The translations under genes and the position numbers were made by a program. Below, one piece after another: positions 1 through 9,463 of a stretch of DNA of 32,000 nt (position 1 is the first letter of the stretch; the number at the start of each line of letters is the position of its first letter). This DNA comes from an uncultured archaeon (lineage in GTDB: Archaea; Asgardarchaeota; Thorarchaeia; Thorarchaeales; CAZPUN01), in contig CAZPUN010000062.1 of assembly GCA_964589775.1 (NCBI GenBank), forward strand, positions 8,742-40,741, given 5' to 3'. Under the pieces are notes generated by a model. The model saw nothing but the letters and a program-made list of their open reading frames with translations, ran no database searches and was not told where the DNA came from.

Positions 1-1499
1 ATTACAAGCAGAATAAAGGCGATAATTCCTGCAGCCTTAGGTCCTCTTCCAATTCTTGATTCTGGTTCGAGTTTGACTGTTGTTTCTCTTACGGATGTTT
101 TCAAGAACGCTGTTAGGTCCTTGAATGATATTACAATTGGTAATCCTATTGCGATGATTATTGTACCGATTAAGATATCTGGTGTGAAATAGATCGCGTT
201 TATGTGTTTTATTAGTTCATTAAAATTAATTTGCATAAATCCATTTGTACTGGGTATTACAACACCAAAGACCGTGCCCAATATTATCCCTATGAATTCT
301 CCAATTAATGGAATGAATGTATATTCTAAACCTAATGCACCATATATCTGAGAATTTGTAGCTCCTTTTGCTCGTAGCCGTCCTACTTCGTTTCGTCTTG
401 TTGTAGTTAAAATTTTTGAGGCATAAACTGTAAAGATAATGGATATTATTACTGCAGGGATTGTAAATAGCATAGATGCTTCACTTTGAATAAATCTGCC
501 AATTTTAATTTCTAAATCCGTAATTGTTTTTGATTCTACATTTGATACATAATATTCTCTAACAAGCTTATTTCGTAATATTGTTAGTGTATTCGGCATA
601 TTTGTAAATCCCAAGTCATAAAGGATCTTTATATTTGGTCTGAGTAATAACTGTGGTAGAAAACCACCTTGAATTAGATCACTTTTGAAAGTTTCATCAA
701 GTAATTTGTCTGATAATATTATTGAATCCGCCCAGCCTAAAACATCTTCAATCGGTGTTTTATTATCGCTCTCACGACTGACTGATGGGAATTTATTATT
801 AAGATCTACCAATTCTTCACTGTTGTAAATACCCACGATTTTTAAGTCTGATATTTTTGTAAAATTAAAATCTGAGAAATGGTTTGTTGAACCCCATGAA
901 ACCGCATGTTTTGCAATATTTATGTCTATGTGTTGTCCGATTTCGAGTTCTGTTCCGAAGATATTTTGATAATCTTCTACAAATCTTTTACTAACTAAAA
1001 TTGTGTTGTTTTCAAGTGTATAAAAACCTGTGATATTTAGCCGTTCTTTGTTGCGCTCCAGGAAACTATTGGAAACAAAGAATGCTTGGAAATCTTTAAT
1101 AGACTCACTATATGGATAGTATGGAAATTCTTCGCTATTGTTCCATATTTTTGTAGTATAGATACCATAGCTCCAAAATACAACATCAGTACTTTCTATT
1201 AATTGATAATTGTTCGTTATTGAATCTGAAATTTCTGAAAGATAATTTGGATTATCAAGTTTTGTGGGTGTTAGCCCTATAGGATATGCTGTCTCTCTAA
1301 AGTAATCTTGGGTCATTACTTTTGAATCTGTATTTGTCCATATATACATAGATGATACAATTGAGACACTTATCGTGAATAACAGTATTAGTGTTAATGA
1401 TCTTGAGCGATTTCTTGTCATACTTGAATATGCATATTTGAACAGGAACATTGTTTTTACGCGTGTTGATTCATTGATAGGGTTTTTTTCGCGTTTCAA
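1..1499 (-). CDS. FtsX/MacB-like ABC permease, 5' part (runs off the left edge; absent from the ORF track)
   Basis: Manual translation from TTG at 1499, after a GGTGAT RBS, gives MKREKNPINESTRVKTMFLFKYAYSSMTRNRSRSLTLILLFTISVSIVSSMYIWT. This parallels the N-terminus of the 992-aa permease. The FtsX motif RRNEVGRLRAKGATNSQI lies at ~350-405, and the frame still reads sensibly at the window edge. Confidence 0.9.
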   Translation of the reverse strand, partial: MKREKNPINESTRVKTMFLFKYAYSSMTRNRSRSLTLILLFTISVSIVSSMYIWTNTDSKVMTQDYFRETAYPIGLTPTKLDNPNYLSEISDSITNNYQLIESTDVVFWSYGIYTTKIWNNSEEFPYYPYSESIKDFQAFFVSNSFLERNKERLNITGFYTLENNTILVSKRFVEDYQNIFGTELEIGQHIDINIAKHAVSWGSTNHFSDFNFTKISDLKIVGIYNSEELVDLNNKFPSVSRESDNKTPIEDVLGWADSIILSDKLLDETFKSDLIQGGFLPQLLLRPNIKILYDLGFTNMPNTLTILRNKLVREYYVSNVESKTITDLEIKIGRFIQSEASMLFTIPAVIISIIFTVYASKILTTTRRNEVGRLRAKGATNSQIYGALGLEYTFIPLIGEFIGIILGTVFGVVIPSTNGFMQINFNELIKHINAIYFTPDILIGTIIIAIGLPIVISFKDLTAFLKTSVRETTVKLEPESRIGRGPKAAGIIAFILLV

Positions 1500-1513
1500 G
1501 TTGATCACCCACT

Positions 1514-2533
1514 TTACAGGATTGTGCCACATTCAGGGCATGTTGTACGATCTTTTGGAACTAAAGCACCGCATACTTTACAGGTTACTAATTCAACAGC
1601 AACTTTTCTAGCTTTTTCGCCTTCTTTTCGGGGGAGAAGTAAGATATTACCATCTATAATTTCAAGCTGGAATTCTTTTGGATTACCTATTTTACTTAAT
1701 ATGGAATTCGGAAGATGTATTCGTCCTTGGTTATCTAATCTTAGAATTCTTGTTCTATCAAGGTCTCTGATCGAAACACGGTCATTATGAATTCCTGAAA
1801 CGATTCCATCAGAAATTTCTAATGTTCTTCTTGCTTTAGATGCAACTTGTTGTGAATGGGTTACAATTAAAAACGCCACACCGGTTTCTTTATTCAATCT
1901 TCTGAACAAGTCAAGTATTTTTTCAGCGTTTACAGCATCTAGAGACCCTGTAGGTTCATCTGCCAATACTAGTCTTGGATTATTTACAAGTGCTGATGCT
2001 ATTGCCACACGTTGCATTTCTCCACCAGACAATGCATTTGGAAAGTGTTTAGCTCTATGTTCTAAACCTACTGCATTTAGTAAATATTCAACACGTTTTT
2101 TGCGTTCAGATTTTGGGACTCCTGCAATTCTTGCGGGTAATTCAATATTTTCATATGCTGTGAGATATGGGTTCAGATTCCCAGTTTGAAATACAAAACC
2201 GATAAAATGGCGTCTTGCTTTAGTAATTTCATGTACATCTAACTTTGTAATATCATGCTTATTGATCGACCAATAAACTCTTCCTGCTGTTGCTCTATCG
2301 AGTCCTCCTAATATGTTCAATAGCGTTGTTTTTCCAGAACCAGATGGACCTATAATTGCGATTAATTCTCCATCGTATACTTGAAGTGTAACCCCTCTAA
2401 GCGCAACAGTTTCGATTTCTCCTTGTTTATATATTTTATACACATCTTCTGCAGAAATGATTAAATCATCTGTATATTCATATTTTATGTCTTCAACTTC
2501 TTTTGTTGCAGGTTTATCTATTGCTTCTGTCAT
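1514..2533 (-). CDS. LolD/MacB-type ABC ATPase with C-terminal AbrB/SpoVT-like hairpin domain and CxxC-CxxC zinc ribbon
   Basis: Walker A GPSGSGKTT, signature LSGGEMQR, Walker B LVLADEPTG, VTH switch. Tail contains LRLDNQGRIHLP and CKVC...CPEC. Confidence 0.93.
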   Translation of the reverse strand: MTEAIDKPATKEVEDIKYEYTDDLIISAEDVYKIYKQGEIETVALRGVTLQVYDGELIAIIGPSGSGKTTLLNILGGLDRATAGRVYWSINKHDITKLDVHEITKARRHFIGFVFQTGNLNPYLTAYENIELPARIAGVPKSERKKRVEYLLNAVGLEHRAKHFPNALSGGEMQRVAIASALVNNPRLVLADEPTGSLDAVNAEKILDLFRRLNKETGVAFLIVTHSQQVASKARRTLEISDGIVSGIHNDRVSIRDLDRTRILRLDNQGRIHLPNSILSKIGNPKEFQLEIIDGNILLLPRKEGEKARKVAVELVTCKVCGALVPKDRTTCPECGTIL

Positions 2534-3261
2534 TTCGTGTCATCTCCTTCAGGGTTAAAATATTCTGTTGGAATCTCAGAATGCACTTTTCCATCTTTCA
2601 ATAGGAGAACTCTATCTGCTCTTCGTGCAATTGATTGATCGTGTGTTGCCAATAGTACGGTAACTCCATCTTTTTCTGCAAGTTCGCGTACGAGTGCCAT
2701 TACGACATCTCCCGTGGCAACATCAAGGTTTCCCGTCAATTCATCTGCGATTAATATGGATGCATCATTTGCTAAAGCTCGGGCGATAGCAACTCTTTGT
2801 TGTTGCCCTCCTGATAATTCATCGGGTTTATGTAGCGCATAATCCTTCATTCCCACGCGTTCAAGAAGTTTTAATGCCTTCTTTCGACGTTTTTCATCAT
2901 CTTTTATGCCTGCAAAAATTAATGGCACTTCTACATTTTCTATAGCATTCAAGTATGGTAGTAAGTAAAATGCCTGAAATACAACTCCTATTTTTGTTCT
3001 TCTAACCATAGAAATTGCTTCATCATTCAAGTCGTTTACTTTCATTCCATCTAAGATTAAATCACCATAATCTGCTTTATCCAAACAACTAATTATATTT
3101 AGTAGGGTTGTTTTTCCAGAACCGGATGGCCCTACAATTGCTACAATTTCGCCTCGATTCACTTCTAAATTGATTCCTTTTAGCACGTGGACTACTGCCG
3201 GGCCATCTTTGTATGTTTTGTGAATATCTCGTGCTACGATTACCGGAAATGATTTTGACAT
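2530..3261 (-). CDS. LolD/MacB-type ABC ATPase
   Basis: GPSGSGKTT, LSGGQQQR, ILIADELTGNLD, ATHD. GAGGTGA RBS upstream; 4-nt ATGA overlap with the next ATPase. Confidence 0.95.
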   Translation of the reverse strand: MSKSFPVIVARDIHKTYKDGPAVVHVLKGINLEVNRGEIVAIVGPSGSGKTTLLNIISCLDKADYGDLILDGMKVNDLNDEAISMVRRTKIGVVFQAFYLLPYLNAIENVEVPLIFAGIKDDEKRRKKALKLLERVGMKDYALHKPDELSGGQQQRVAIARALANDASILIADELTGNLDVATGDVVMALVRELAEKDGVTVLLATHDQSIARRADRVLLLKDGKVHSEIPTEYFNPEGDDTK

Positions 3262-3288
3262 TTTTTCACCTCAGACAATTTATTTTCA

Positions 3289-6267
3289 TTAAAGTTCCCT
3301 CAAAACTTGGGTGATGTTTACATTGGTCGCCTTTCTTGTAGGCAGTAAACAAATTCCAATATTGATAGCAAGTATCATCAGAAATATTGTAATCAGGATT
3401 GGCCATGGTATTATTACTGTAAATGGTAAGACTGTTGGGAATGGGAATAGAGATCTTAAAACCGCGAGTAAGAGCCAAGATATCGCAATACCTAAGACTA
3501 TACCTACAATGAATGCTGATATTACAATGCCTACAAATTCGCCGAATACTATTTTCCTGATTTGGTGTTTCCTCGCACCTATAGCTCTATATATCGCATA
3601 TTCCTTTTGACGTTCTATTATTATTGCGCTCATGATAACACTAATTGCTAGAACGCTCATTACAAGCCCAATTAAGAACTCAAAAGACAATGCACCGTAT
3701 AATCCTGATAGGAATATTTTAACATGTGCGGGTAGGTCATTTATTGAATATGTTAATGGTGTATATACCTGCTTTACTATTGGAATATTATTAATTATAT
3801 CAACGAGATCTTTTGCAGGAACTGAACCATCAGTTGATGCTATAAATTGGTCTAGCACCTTGTATTTTGATGCGTTTAATGTATTCCATAAATAATTAAA
3901 GTCCATAATTGCGAATTGGCTTTCAAATTGGAAACTTAAACTTCTGTTCAAGTCTTCTTCGGTTGGTGCTGCAACGCCTAGACCCGGTGCTGAATGAATT
4001 ATTCCGCGTACAGTTACTTTAACTTTTCTCTGAATAGCACTTCCTTTTCCTAAATACAAATTGATAGTTATATTATCCCCTATTGAAAGTGTATTGTCTT
4101 TCGCGAATTTATCATTAATAATAATTCCCGGATGTTGTGTATCTGTTAATGCTGTCAACGAATCTTTTGGATTCCCTTTCGTAAAGCTTGTCTCATACCA
4201 ATACCCTATTTGTAGATATTTGAGCGATTCCACTCCAAAAACTGCTAAGTCTTGTTCTGCAACAGTTGATGGAAACATCACTAGTGGTGTGGCATTTGCA
4301 ATTCCATTTATTGATTCTAATTGTTCGACAAGTGTATAGTTTGTATTGAACGTTGTGATTCTGAAATCTGCACCTATATCGTATGAGTATTGTTGATATG
4401 TATTGTTTTGGACAGTCTGAGTTTCAACAATTGCGAATACACCTAATGAAAAGGTTAGCGTAAGAATTACAAGTAATGAGACGACCTTTTCCTTTCGGCG
4501 TTCTAAGCTGGCAACAATTAATAGCGTTTCAATACCCAAGAATCTCTTCAAGGACTTTGCTACGCGTTCAACGAACTTTCTTAATGATATTGAGCCAGCT
4601 GCACTTACAAGAACCCAAACTAGTATTATAAATCCTGTTTGTATTCCTCGTAATATTGGATTAACTTCTGATGTTAATACCCAATGACCAAACAAGATTG
4701 CTATTATTGCTACTAGGACCATATATATTGCGACATATCTGTGTTTTACATCTTTCTCTTGTTTTTCTAATCTTTGCAGATTTGCCTTAATTTCGCGTCG
4801 TACGAATAACCAGACATCTTGGAATGTAATTAAGATTGGAATTACTATTGTAAGCATTAGGGTTATTACTACTGAAACATTAGAGATTGTCAAGCTTCCC
4901 ATATAGTTAAAGAAGACCGACATATCGAATTGCAAGAAACTAGTCGATGCCGGTATTAAACAGCCTACAATTCCACCTCCAATAATACCGAATATAAATG
5001 CTATACTGGATAGAATTACAAATTCAGTCAAAAAGATCCCAATTATTTGATACTGGCTTGTTCCTTTAGCTCTTAATATTCCTATTTCTTCCTTTCGTGT
5101 TTTTGCTAAAGTCCTACTATTTGATACCGTGATCATAAATGACAAAATTAACGCCGGAGCCAAGAAGAGAAGTATTGTTTGTGATGAGAGATATTGATTT
5201 ATCGCATTTTCCAAATCTTCGACTACATTGTATCCAAAGACGTGTAATTTGTATGTTGTTTCTAATCGTATCTTTAGATCCTTAAGTGCATTGGCAGAAT
5301 TTATATAACCCGAAGTTAATAATGCCTTGGGATCTGCTCTTATTAGAAAGTGTGGCTGGGTCAATCTTGCCAATCTATCCTTTGGATTTGGCCCCATAAT
5401 AGAAACTGGTAATATTATTGAATCTACTAGACCAAAAACTTCTTCTGGAAGACCAAATGGATAATTCACTCGCATTGTCGATGGGAATGTATTAAATAGT
5501 ACATTGTCTTCTCTTTTTATTGAATAAATTGCTTTTATTTTCAGATTTTTCAGAGTGACAAATTGATATTGATAATATACTGGATAATTACTTGTATGTA
5601 AGCTTGTTGCTACGTCTAGTCTATCAATTACATCTCCAACTTTTAATGTTCTATTATATATCCGTTTAAAATCATCAATGACTCTTTGACTTACCAATAC
5701 TTCTAAATTATTATATACAAAGCGTCCTGTAACAGGATCTCTATATCCATATGAGCCTTTTTCTGATAACGAAAAGTCTCCTGTATAATTAAAATGCATT
5801 TTTGTATGTTCTAAAAATTCTGGTTCTACAAAATAGGCCGCCATATCTTTGATTTTATATGAATATGGCGTTTGATATTCAAAATGGCCCAAAGATACCC
5901 ATGATACATTATAGAATGCTTTTGTTTCAATTACCAAATCTGCTGTATCAACTATTTTATCACTTTCTACCTTTTGTTGGAGCGTTTTTAGATATTCAAA
6001 AGAATGGATTGGTGCAACATCTGTAGGGTATGTATTAAATTGATATGTATTTTTATCTAAATATTTGTTTAGTTCAATTGTGGGGCCTGTTTCAGTCCAG
6101 AACAAAATACTTGAAAATAAAGTAACACTAATCATAAATCCTATTACTAAAGATATTGAACGCCTTCTATTTTTTCTCATACTTCGCATTGCATACGTAA
6201 TCATAAATAAACCGCGAGATAATTTACTCTGTTTTTTTCCTTTGAAAATTTCTGATGTACTCGTCAT
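3289..6267 (-). CDS. Large FtsX/MacB-like ABC permease with two FtsX modules
   Basis: Two FtsX motifs (RKEEIGILRAKG; RQKEYAIYRAIGA), hydrophobic TM clusters and two large soluble loops. Confidence 0.92.
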   Translation of the reverse strand: MTSTSEIFKGKKQSKLSRGLFMITYAMRSMRKNRRRSISLVIGFMISVTLFSSILFWTETGPTIELNKYLDKNTYQFNTYPTDVAPIHSFEYLKTLQQKVESDKIVDTADLVIETKAFYNVSWVSLGHFEYQTPYSYKIKDMAAYFVEPEFLEHTKMHFNYTGDFSLSEKGSYGYRDPVTGRFVYNNLEVLVSQRVIDDFKRIYNRTLKVGDVIDRLDVATSLHTSNYPVYYQYQFVTLKNLKIKAIYSIKREDNVLFNTFPSTMRVNYPFGLPEEVFGLVDSIILPVSIMGPNPKDRLARLTQPHFLIRADPKALLTSGYINSANALKDLKIRLETTYKLHVFGYNVVEDLENAINQYLSSQTILLFLAPALILSFMITVSNSRTLAKTRKEEIGILRAKGTSQYQIIGIFLTEFVILSSIAFIFGIIGGGIVGCLIPASTSFLQFDMSVFFNYMGSLTISNVSVVITLMLTIVIPILITFQDVWLFVRREIKANLQRLEKQEKDVKHRYVAIYMVLVAIIAILFGHWVLTSEVNPILRGIQTGFIILVWVLVSAAGSISLRKFVERVAKSLKRFLGIETLLIVASLERRKEKVVSLLVILTLTFSLGVFAIVETQTVQNNTYQQYSYDIGADFRITTFNTNYTLVEQLESINGIANATPLVMFPSTVAEQDLAVFGVESLKYLQIGYWYETSFTKGNPKDSLTALTDTQHPGIIINDKFAKDNTLSIGDNITINLYLGKGSAIQRKVKVTVRGIIHSAPGLGVAAPTEEDLNRSLSFQFESQFAIMDFNYLWNTLNASKYKVLDQFIASTDGSVPAKDLVDIINNIPIVKQVYTPLTYSINDLPAHVKIFLSGLYGALSFEFLIGLVMSVLAISVIMSAIIIERQKEYAIYRAIGARKHQIRKIVFGEFVGIVISAFIVGIVLGIAISWLLLAVLRSLFPFPTVLPFTVIIPWPILITIFLMILAINIGICLLPTRKATNVNITQVLREL

Positions 6268-6279
6268 ATATCTCTTCTC

Positions 6280-7794
6280 CTACCTTTCCTTTTTCTTAAC
6301 ATGCCTGAACCACAATGCAATTGCTACAACCGCTATAGAAGCAGCTATCATAATGTATATCGTTTGCCGATCAATCTTGATCTCAAAACTAATCGATACT
6401 GGACTTGAACCTTGAGCTAAATCTGAAACTATGAATATTTTTGCAACATACTGTCCTCGTTCAAAATTCAAAGCTGATAATTCTACACTCCAAATATCCT
6501 TCGTGCTATCGTATGTGAGAGACGTAGTTGTTATATTTTCTAAAGTTTCCATGTCTGTACTGTTTGTAACCATTATACCCGGTGGGACTTCATAGATTAT
6601 ACATTCCATTTTCAAGTTTGTATATTCATTGACACTTTTTCCAGGTTCGTTCGTTATTACATCGGATAATTTTATATTAATCGTAAATAGGCTTGTACTA
6701 ATCTTTGGTGTTGATGCGGATATTGTAAATATTCTTCGTGTTATTTTTAATTGCTGAATCGGATAACCTTCTGAAAACATCAAGAACAATTGATTGTTAG
6801 AATCTTTGCCAATTAATGGGTCTATACCCGCATTTAACCAAAATTTTCTGGGCCTTAACCAAGTCTTTCCATCTGCCGAATATGCAGAATATATCTTATG
6901 ACCTGATATTGTTTCCGATTCGAAATAAAGCATAAACACGCCATTATCATTTACGAATAAACTAGGCATCATGTCATTATTGTTGCCATTTTCGTCATTT
7001 TCTGCAGCTAATATGGGGCTTGTCCAATTAATCAAATTATTTGAACTTGTAATATATATATCATAGTCTGTACCATTTATTGAGTTATCATTATCTTTAA
7101 TGAATGTCATATAATAATTGTTAGCATGGCTAATAATTCTCGGCTGCAGTGCGTTTGTGTTGAAAAATGTAATCTGTGTTTCATTTGTAAGTTGATAAAG
7201 TGTTGTGTTCAAGCTCATTTTATAGATGTTAAAAATTCCTGTATGATTTGCTGCATAAAATAGTGTGATATTTCCATTATCGTTAACAATTGTGGGATGT
7301 ATGTAACTAACATTTCCGCTTCCGATTGTTTTTATTGAAGACCATTCTGCGGTGAAAATGTCTTTTGAAACATTTGCATATACAATTCCAATTCGATAGT
7401 TTCCACTTGTTTGCATTGTAAATGCGACAGCAATGATATTCTTGTTAATTTGGACAATACTCGGATAGAAAAAGTCTATTGTAGATACATTAAATTCTTT
7501 AACAATTTTGAAATCATAGTTTTCATCTATCATATTTTCGGCTTTTAGAATATATATAGATCTTAAATCTGTTCCACTATTCGCTGCAGTCATTGCGAAC
7601 AATAATCCATAACTTGTACTGGCGTACGTAGTTTGGGTGCATTCAAAATTTTCTAGTGGTGCAATGATTTTTGGTGGGATCATTCCATTTTCTACTTGTG
7701 CATCAACATGAACAATATTATTCGACGTATTAATTTGAACAAATATAATCATCACTAAGACAATTAATTTTATTGTATTCCTTGCTACTCTCAT
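6280..7794 (-). CDS. Secreted, C-terminally anchored surface protein with Asp-box/BNR-like beta-propeller repeats
   Basis: N-terminal signal-like segment, C-terminal TM plus basic tail (WFRHVKKKER), Asp-box-like YSADGKTW and TSSNNLINW, recurring P-S/T-I/L-V/F blade motifs, many N-x-S/T sequons. Confidence 0.75.
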   Translation of the reverse strand: MRVARNTIKLIVLVMIIFVQINTSNNIVHVDAQVENGMIPPKIIAPLENFECTQTTYASTSYGLLFAMTAANSGTDLRSIYILKAENMIDENYDFKIVKEFNVSTIDFFYPSIVQINKNIIAVAFTMQTSGNYRIGIVYANVSKDIFTAEWSSIKTIGSGNVSYIHPTIVNDNGNITLFYAANHTGIFNIYKMSLNTTLYQLTNETQITFFNTNALQPRIISHANNYYMTFIKDNDNSINGTDYDIYITSSNNLINWTSPILAAENDENGNNNDMMPSLFVNDNGVFMLYFESETISGHKIYSAYSADGKTWLRPRKFWLNAGIDPLIGKDSNNQLFLMFSEGYPIQQLKITRRIFTISASTPKISTSLFTINIKLSDVITNEPGKSVNEYTNLKMECIIYEVPPGIMVTNSTDMETLENITTTSLTYDSTKDIWSVELSALNFERGQYVAKIFIVSDLAQGSSPVSISFEIKIDRQTIYIMIAASIAVVAIALWFRHVKKKER

Positions 7795-8012
7795 GGGCCA
7801 GCATCACATTCTTTTCCTTTTGATGGAAGGTTGAAAAAGATATATATAATATTTAACACTAGCGCAATTCATATTTTCTATATGTATAGTTTTAATTTTA
7901 CATTTGTTTTATTTTATCAATTTTTAATTTTATTTTTTAAGTTATAGCCTAGTAAATCTTTTATTTATAGAATTACAGAACTCTAACTAGAGTTTGATAC
8001 TGGTGAGAAACT

Positions 8013-8798
8013 ATGCATTTCATTAAGTCATTGATATTGGGCAGTCCGAATGACATAGCACATCAAAAATTTACTAAGTTTGGTATTGGCGACTTTCCGG
8101 GACCACAACTTGTGATTAAAAAATCATCTAAGAGAATTACTCTGATTTCAGATATTGATTATGATGATTTAATATTCCGGATTTTTGTAAATGCAATTCC
8201 GAATGATTCGCAGGAATATGAAGTAAAAGGGAATATTGTTGTTTATGCTTATTATAGTAAAGAGCGAGATAAATTCAATAATACTGTGTTTGATATTTCA
8301 TGGAAAAACAAGAAGCTTACATATGTAGGATCTGTAAAACAAGTTGTAAAGAAAGAAGATTTAGTTAGTTTAGGAAAAATTGAATTTCCAGGTCTTTATT
8401 ACATGCTGACGATTAAGCCCAAGCCTTCATTATCTCCGTGGTCTCTTACTACAAAAACTAGATTTCCAAAACTTGATAAGCCTGATGAAGCAGAAGAAGG
8501 TGCAAAGGAGAAATTACCAACATATTGTAAAGCAGTTCTTAGTTTCTCTGATGAAACTCTTCAAGCTATACTTGATGAAGCGGTTCCCAAATTAAAAGAC
8601 CGTATAGATCCAAAATTCAAAGTTCTGAAGATTAAAAACCGCTTTGTAATTGATGAGTTGATCTTTCCGCCTGACAAGGATAGTATTTCTCCTGCAGAGC
8701 TTAGAAGGCAAACCAAGCGGAAGGGTAAGATCATACAGACCATTTATGTTGATGGAGATCCTCAAGGCATTCAAAATGAATATGAATTCGTAGCTTAA
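8013..8798 (+). CDS. Hypothetical cytoplasmic protein (261 aa)
   Basis: GGTGAG RBS, long ORF, T-rich terminator after the stop. No confident family assignment. Confidence 0.8.
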   Translation: MHFIKSLILGSPNDIAHQKFTKFGIGDFPGPQLVIKKSSKRITLISDIDYDDLIFRIFVNAIPNDSQEYEVKGNIVVYAYYSKERDKFNNTVFDISWKNKKLTYVGSVKQVVKKEDLVSLGKIEFPGLYYMLTIKPKPSLSPWSLTTKTRFPKLDKPDEAEEGAKEKLPTYCKAVLSFSDETLQAILDEAVPKLKDRIDPKFKVLKIKNRFVIDELIFPPDKDSISPAELRRQTKRKGKIIQTIYVDGDPQGIQNEYEFVA

Positions 8799-8893
8799 TT
8801 TTTCCATTTTTATTTTTGTATTTGATTTGTAAAGATAAGATTTTTAAGATGAATGATAAACAATCAATTAGCATTTAGAAATCGGTGATAAAC

Positions 8894-9106
8894 ATGCTTC
8901 CAGAATTACTATTCTTAACAAGTGACCTTATGGTTATACTAGGTACAATTGGTATTGCATTAGGTGTAATTTCATTAATTTGGCTAATAATTCATGTTGA
9001 ATACGGTCGTGAATTCTCATGGATTAAAGCAATTTCGGCAATCATACTAGCATCATTATTTTTGGGATTTGGTATTAACCTTCTTGTCGTTATGATGGGA
9101 CTATAA
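8894..9106 (+). CDS. Small two-TM membrane protein (70 aa)
   Basis: GGTGAT RBS just before ATG 8894 (the track's GTG at 8885 lies inside the RBS). Two hydrophobic helices separated by HVEYGREFS. Confidence 0.8.
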   Translation: MLPELLFLTSDLMVILGTIGIALGVISLIWLIIHVEYGREFSWIKAISAIILASLFLGFGINLLVVMMGL

Positions 9107-9108
9107 TT

Positions 9109-9129
9109 AAGGGTTTTAAAACCCTTTTT
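9109..9129 (+). terminator. Palindrome plus T-run after the small membrane protein
   Basis: AAGGGTTTTAAAACCCTT (9109-9126) is a perfect inverted repeat ending in a T-run. Confidence 0.6.
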
Positions 9130-9220
9130 AGTCCAATATTGTCTTTTATCTATTTTTACATAAAAATTATTTATAGGAACACGTCTGAAAAACATTGTTT
9201 TTGAAATATATGCCTAACCG

Positions 9221-9237
9221 CCGAAAAGTTCATAAAA
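9221..9237 (+). promoter_or_regulatory. Archaeal BRE + TATA-like promoter; predicted TSS ~9260
   Basis: CCGAAAAG directly followed by TTCATAAA (one mismatch to TTTATAAA), about 30 nt before the first stem of the structured region. Confidence 0.55.
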
Positions 9238-9264
9238 CCGTAAGCATATAACTTAAACTAAGTA

Positions 9265-9463
9265 ATTTGAGGATTTAGAATAGATCGAGACGTAATGTAT
9301 CGAATCCAAAATATCCTCAATAGAGATATGGAGCGAAACGAGAGCTCCCATTCGGGGGCATAGCGAATATATGCGCAAAATGACTATTGTATAAATAGTC
9401 TATACGTAAAACCTCCGCTGTTCATTGCGGAGTGTATGTCCGATATGATATGGTCATTTATAC
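9265..9463 (+). ncRNA. Candidate structured cis-regulatory RNA (riboswitch-like leader) or ncRNA of unrecognised family
   Basis: At least five hairpins plus a closing long-range stem (coordinates under findings). 52/120 G+C over 9321-9440, against very AT-rich neighbouring spacers. Sits between a promoter and the next gene. Confidence 0.6.

Noticed and set aside
1375-6415. Short ORFs overlapping the ABC operon (1375, 1524, 3266, 3311, 3632, 4061, 6065)
   Set aside because: They overlap well-supported genes and show no motifs. The same applies to the other nested short ORFs in the track.
9295-9363. 22-codon uORF MYRIQNILNRDMERNESSHSGA in the leader
   Set aside because: No RBS and no amino-acid enrichment typical of attenuator peptides; likely chance.
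9265-9463. tRNA, SRP RNA, RNase P RNA, C/D sRNA, hammerhead or IS200/605 omega-RNA
   Set aside because: No T-loop GTTC cloverleaf, no GAGGAAAGTCC, no C/D boxes, no CTGATGA core, and no tnpB/iscB nearby.
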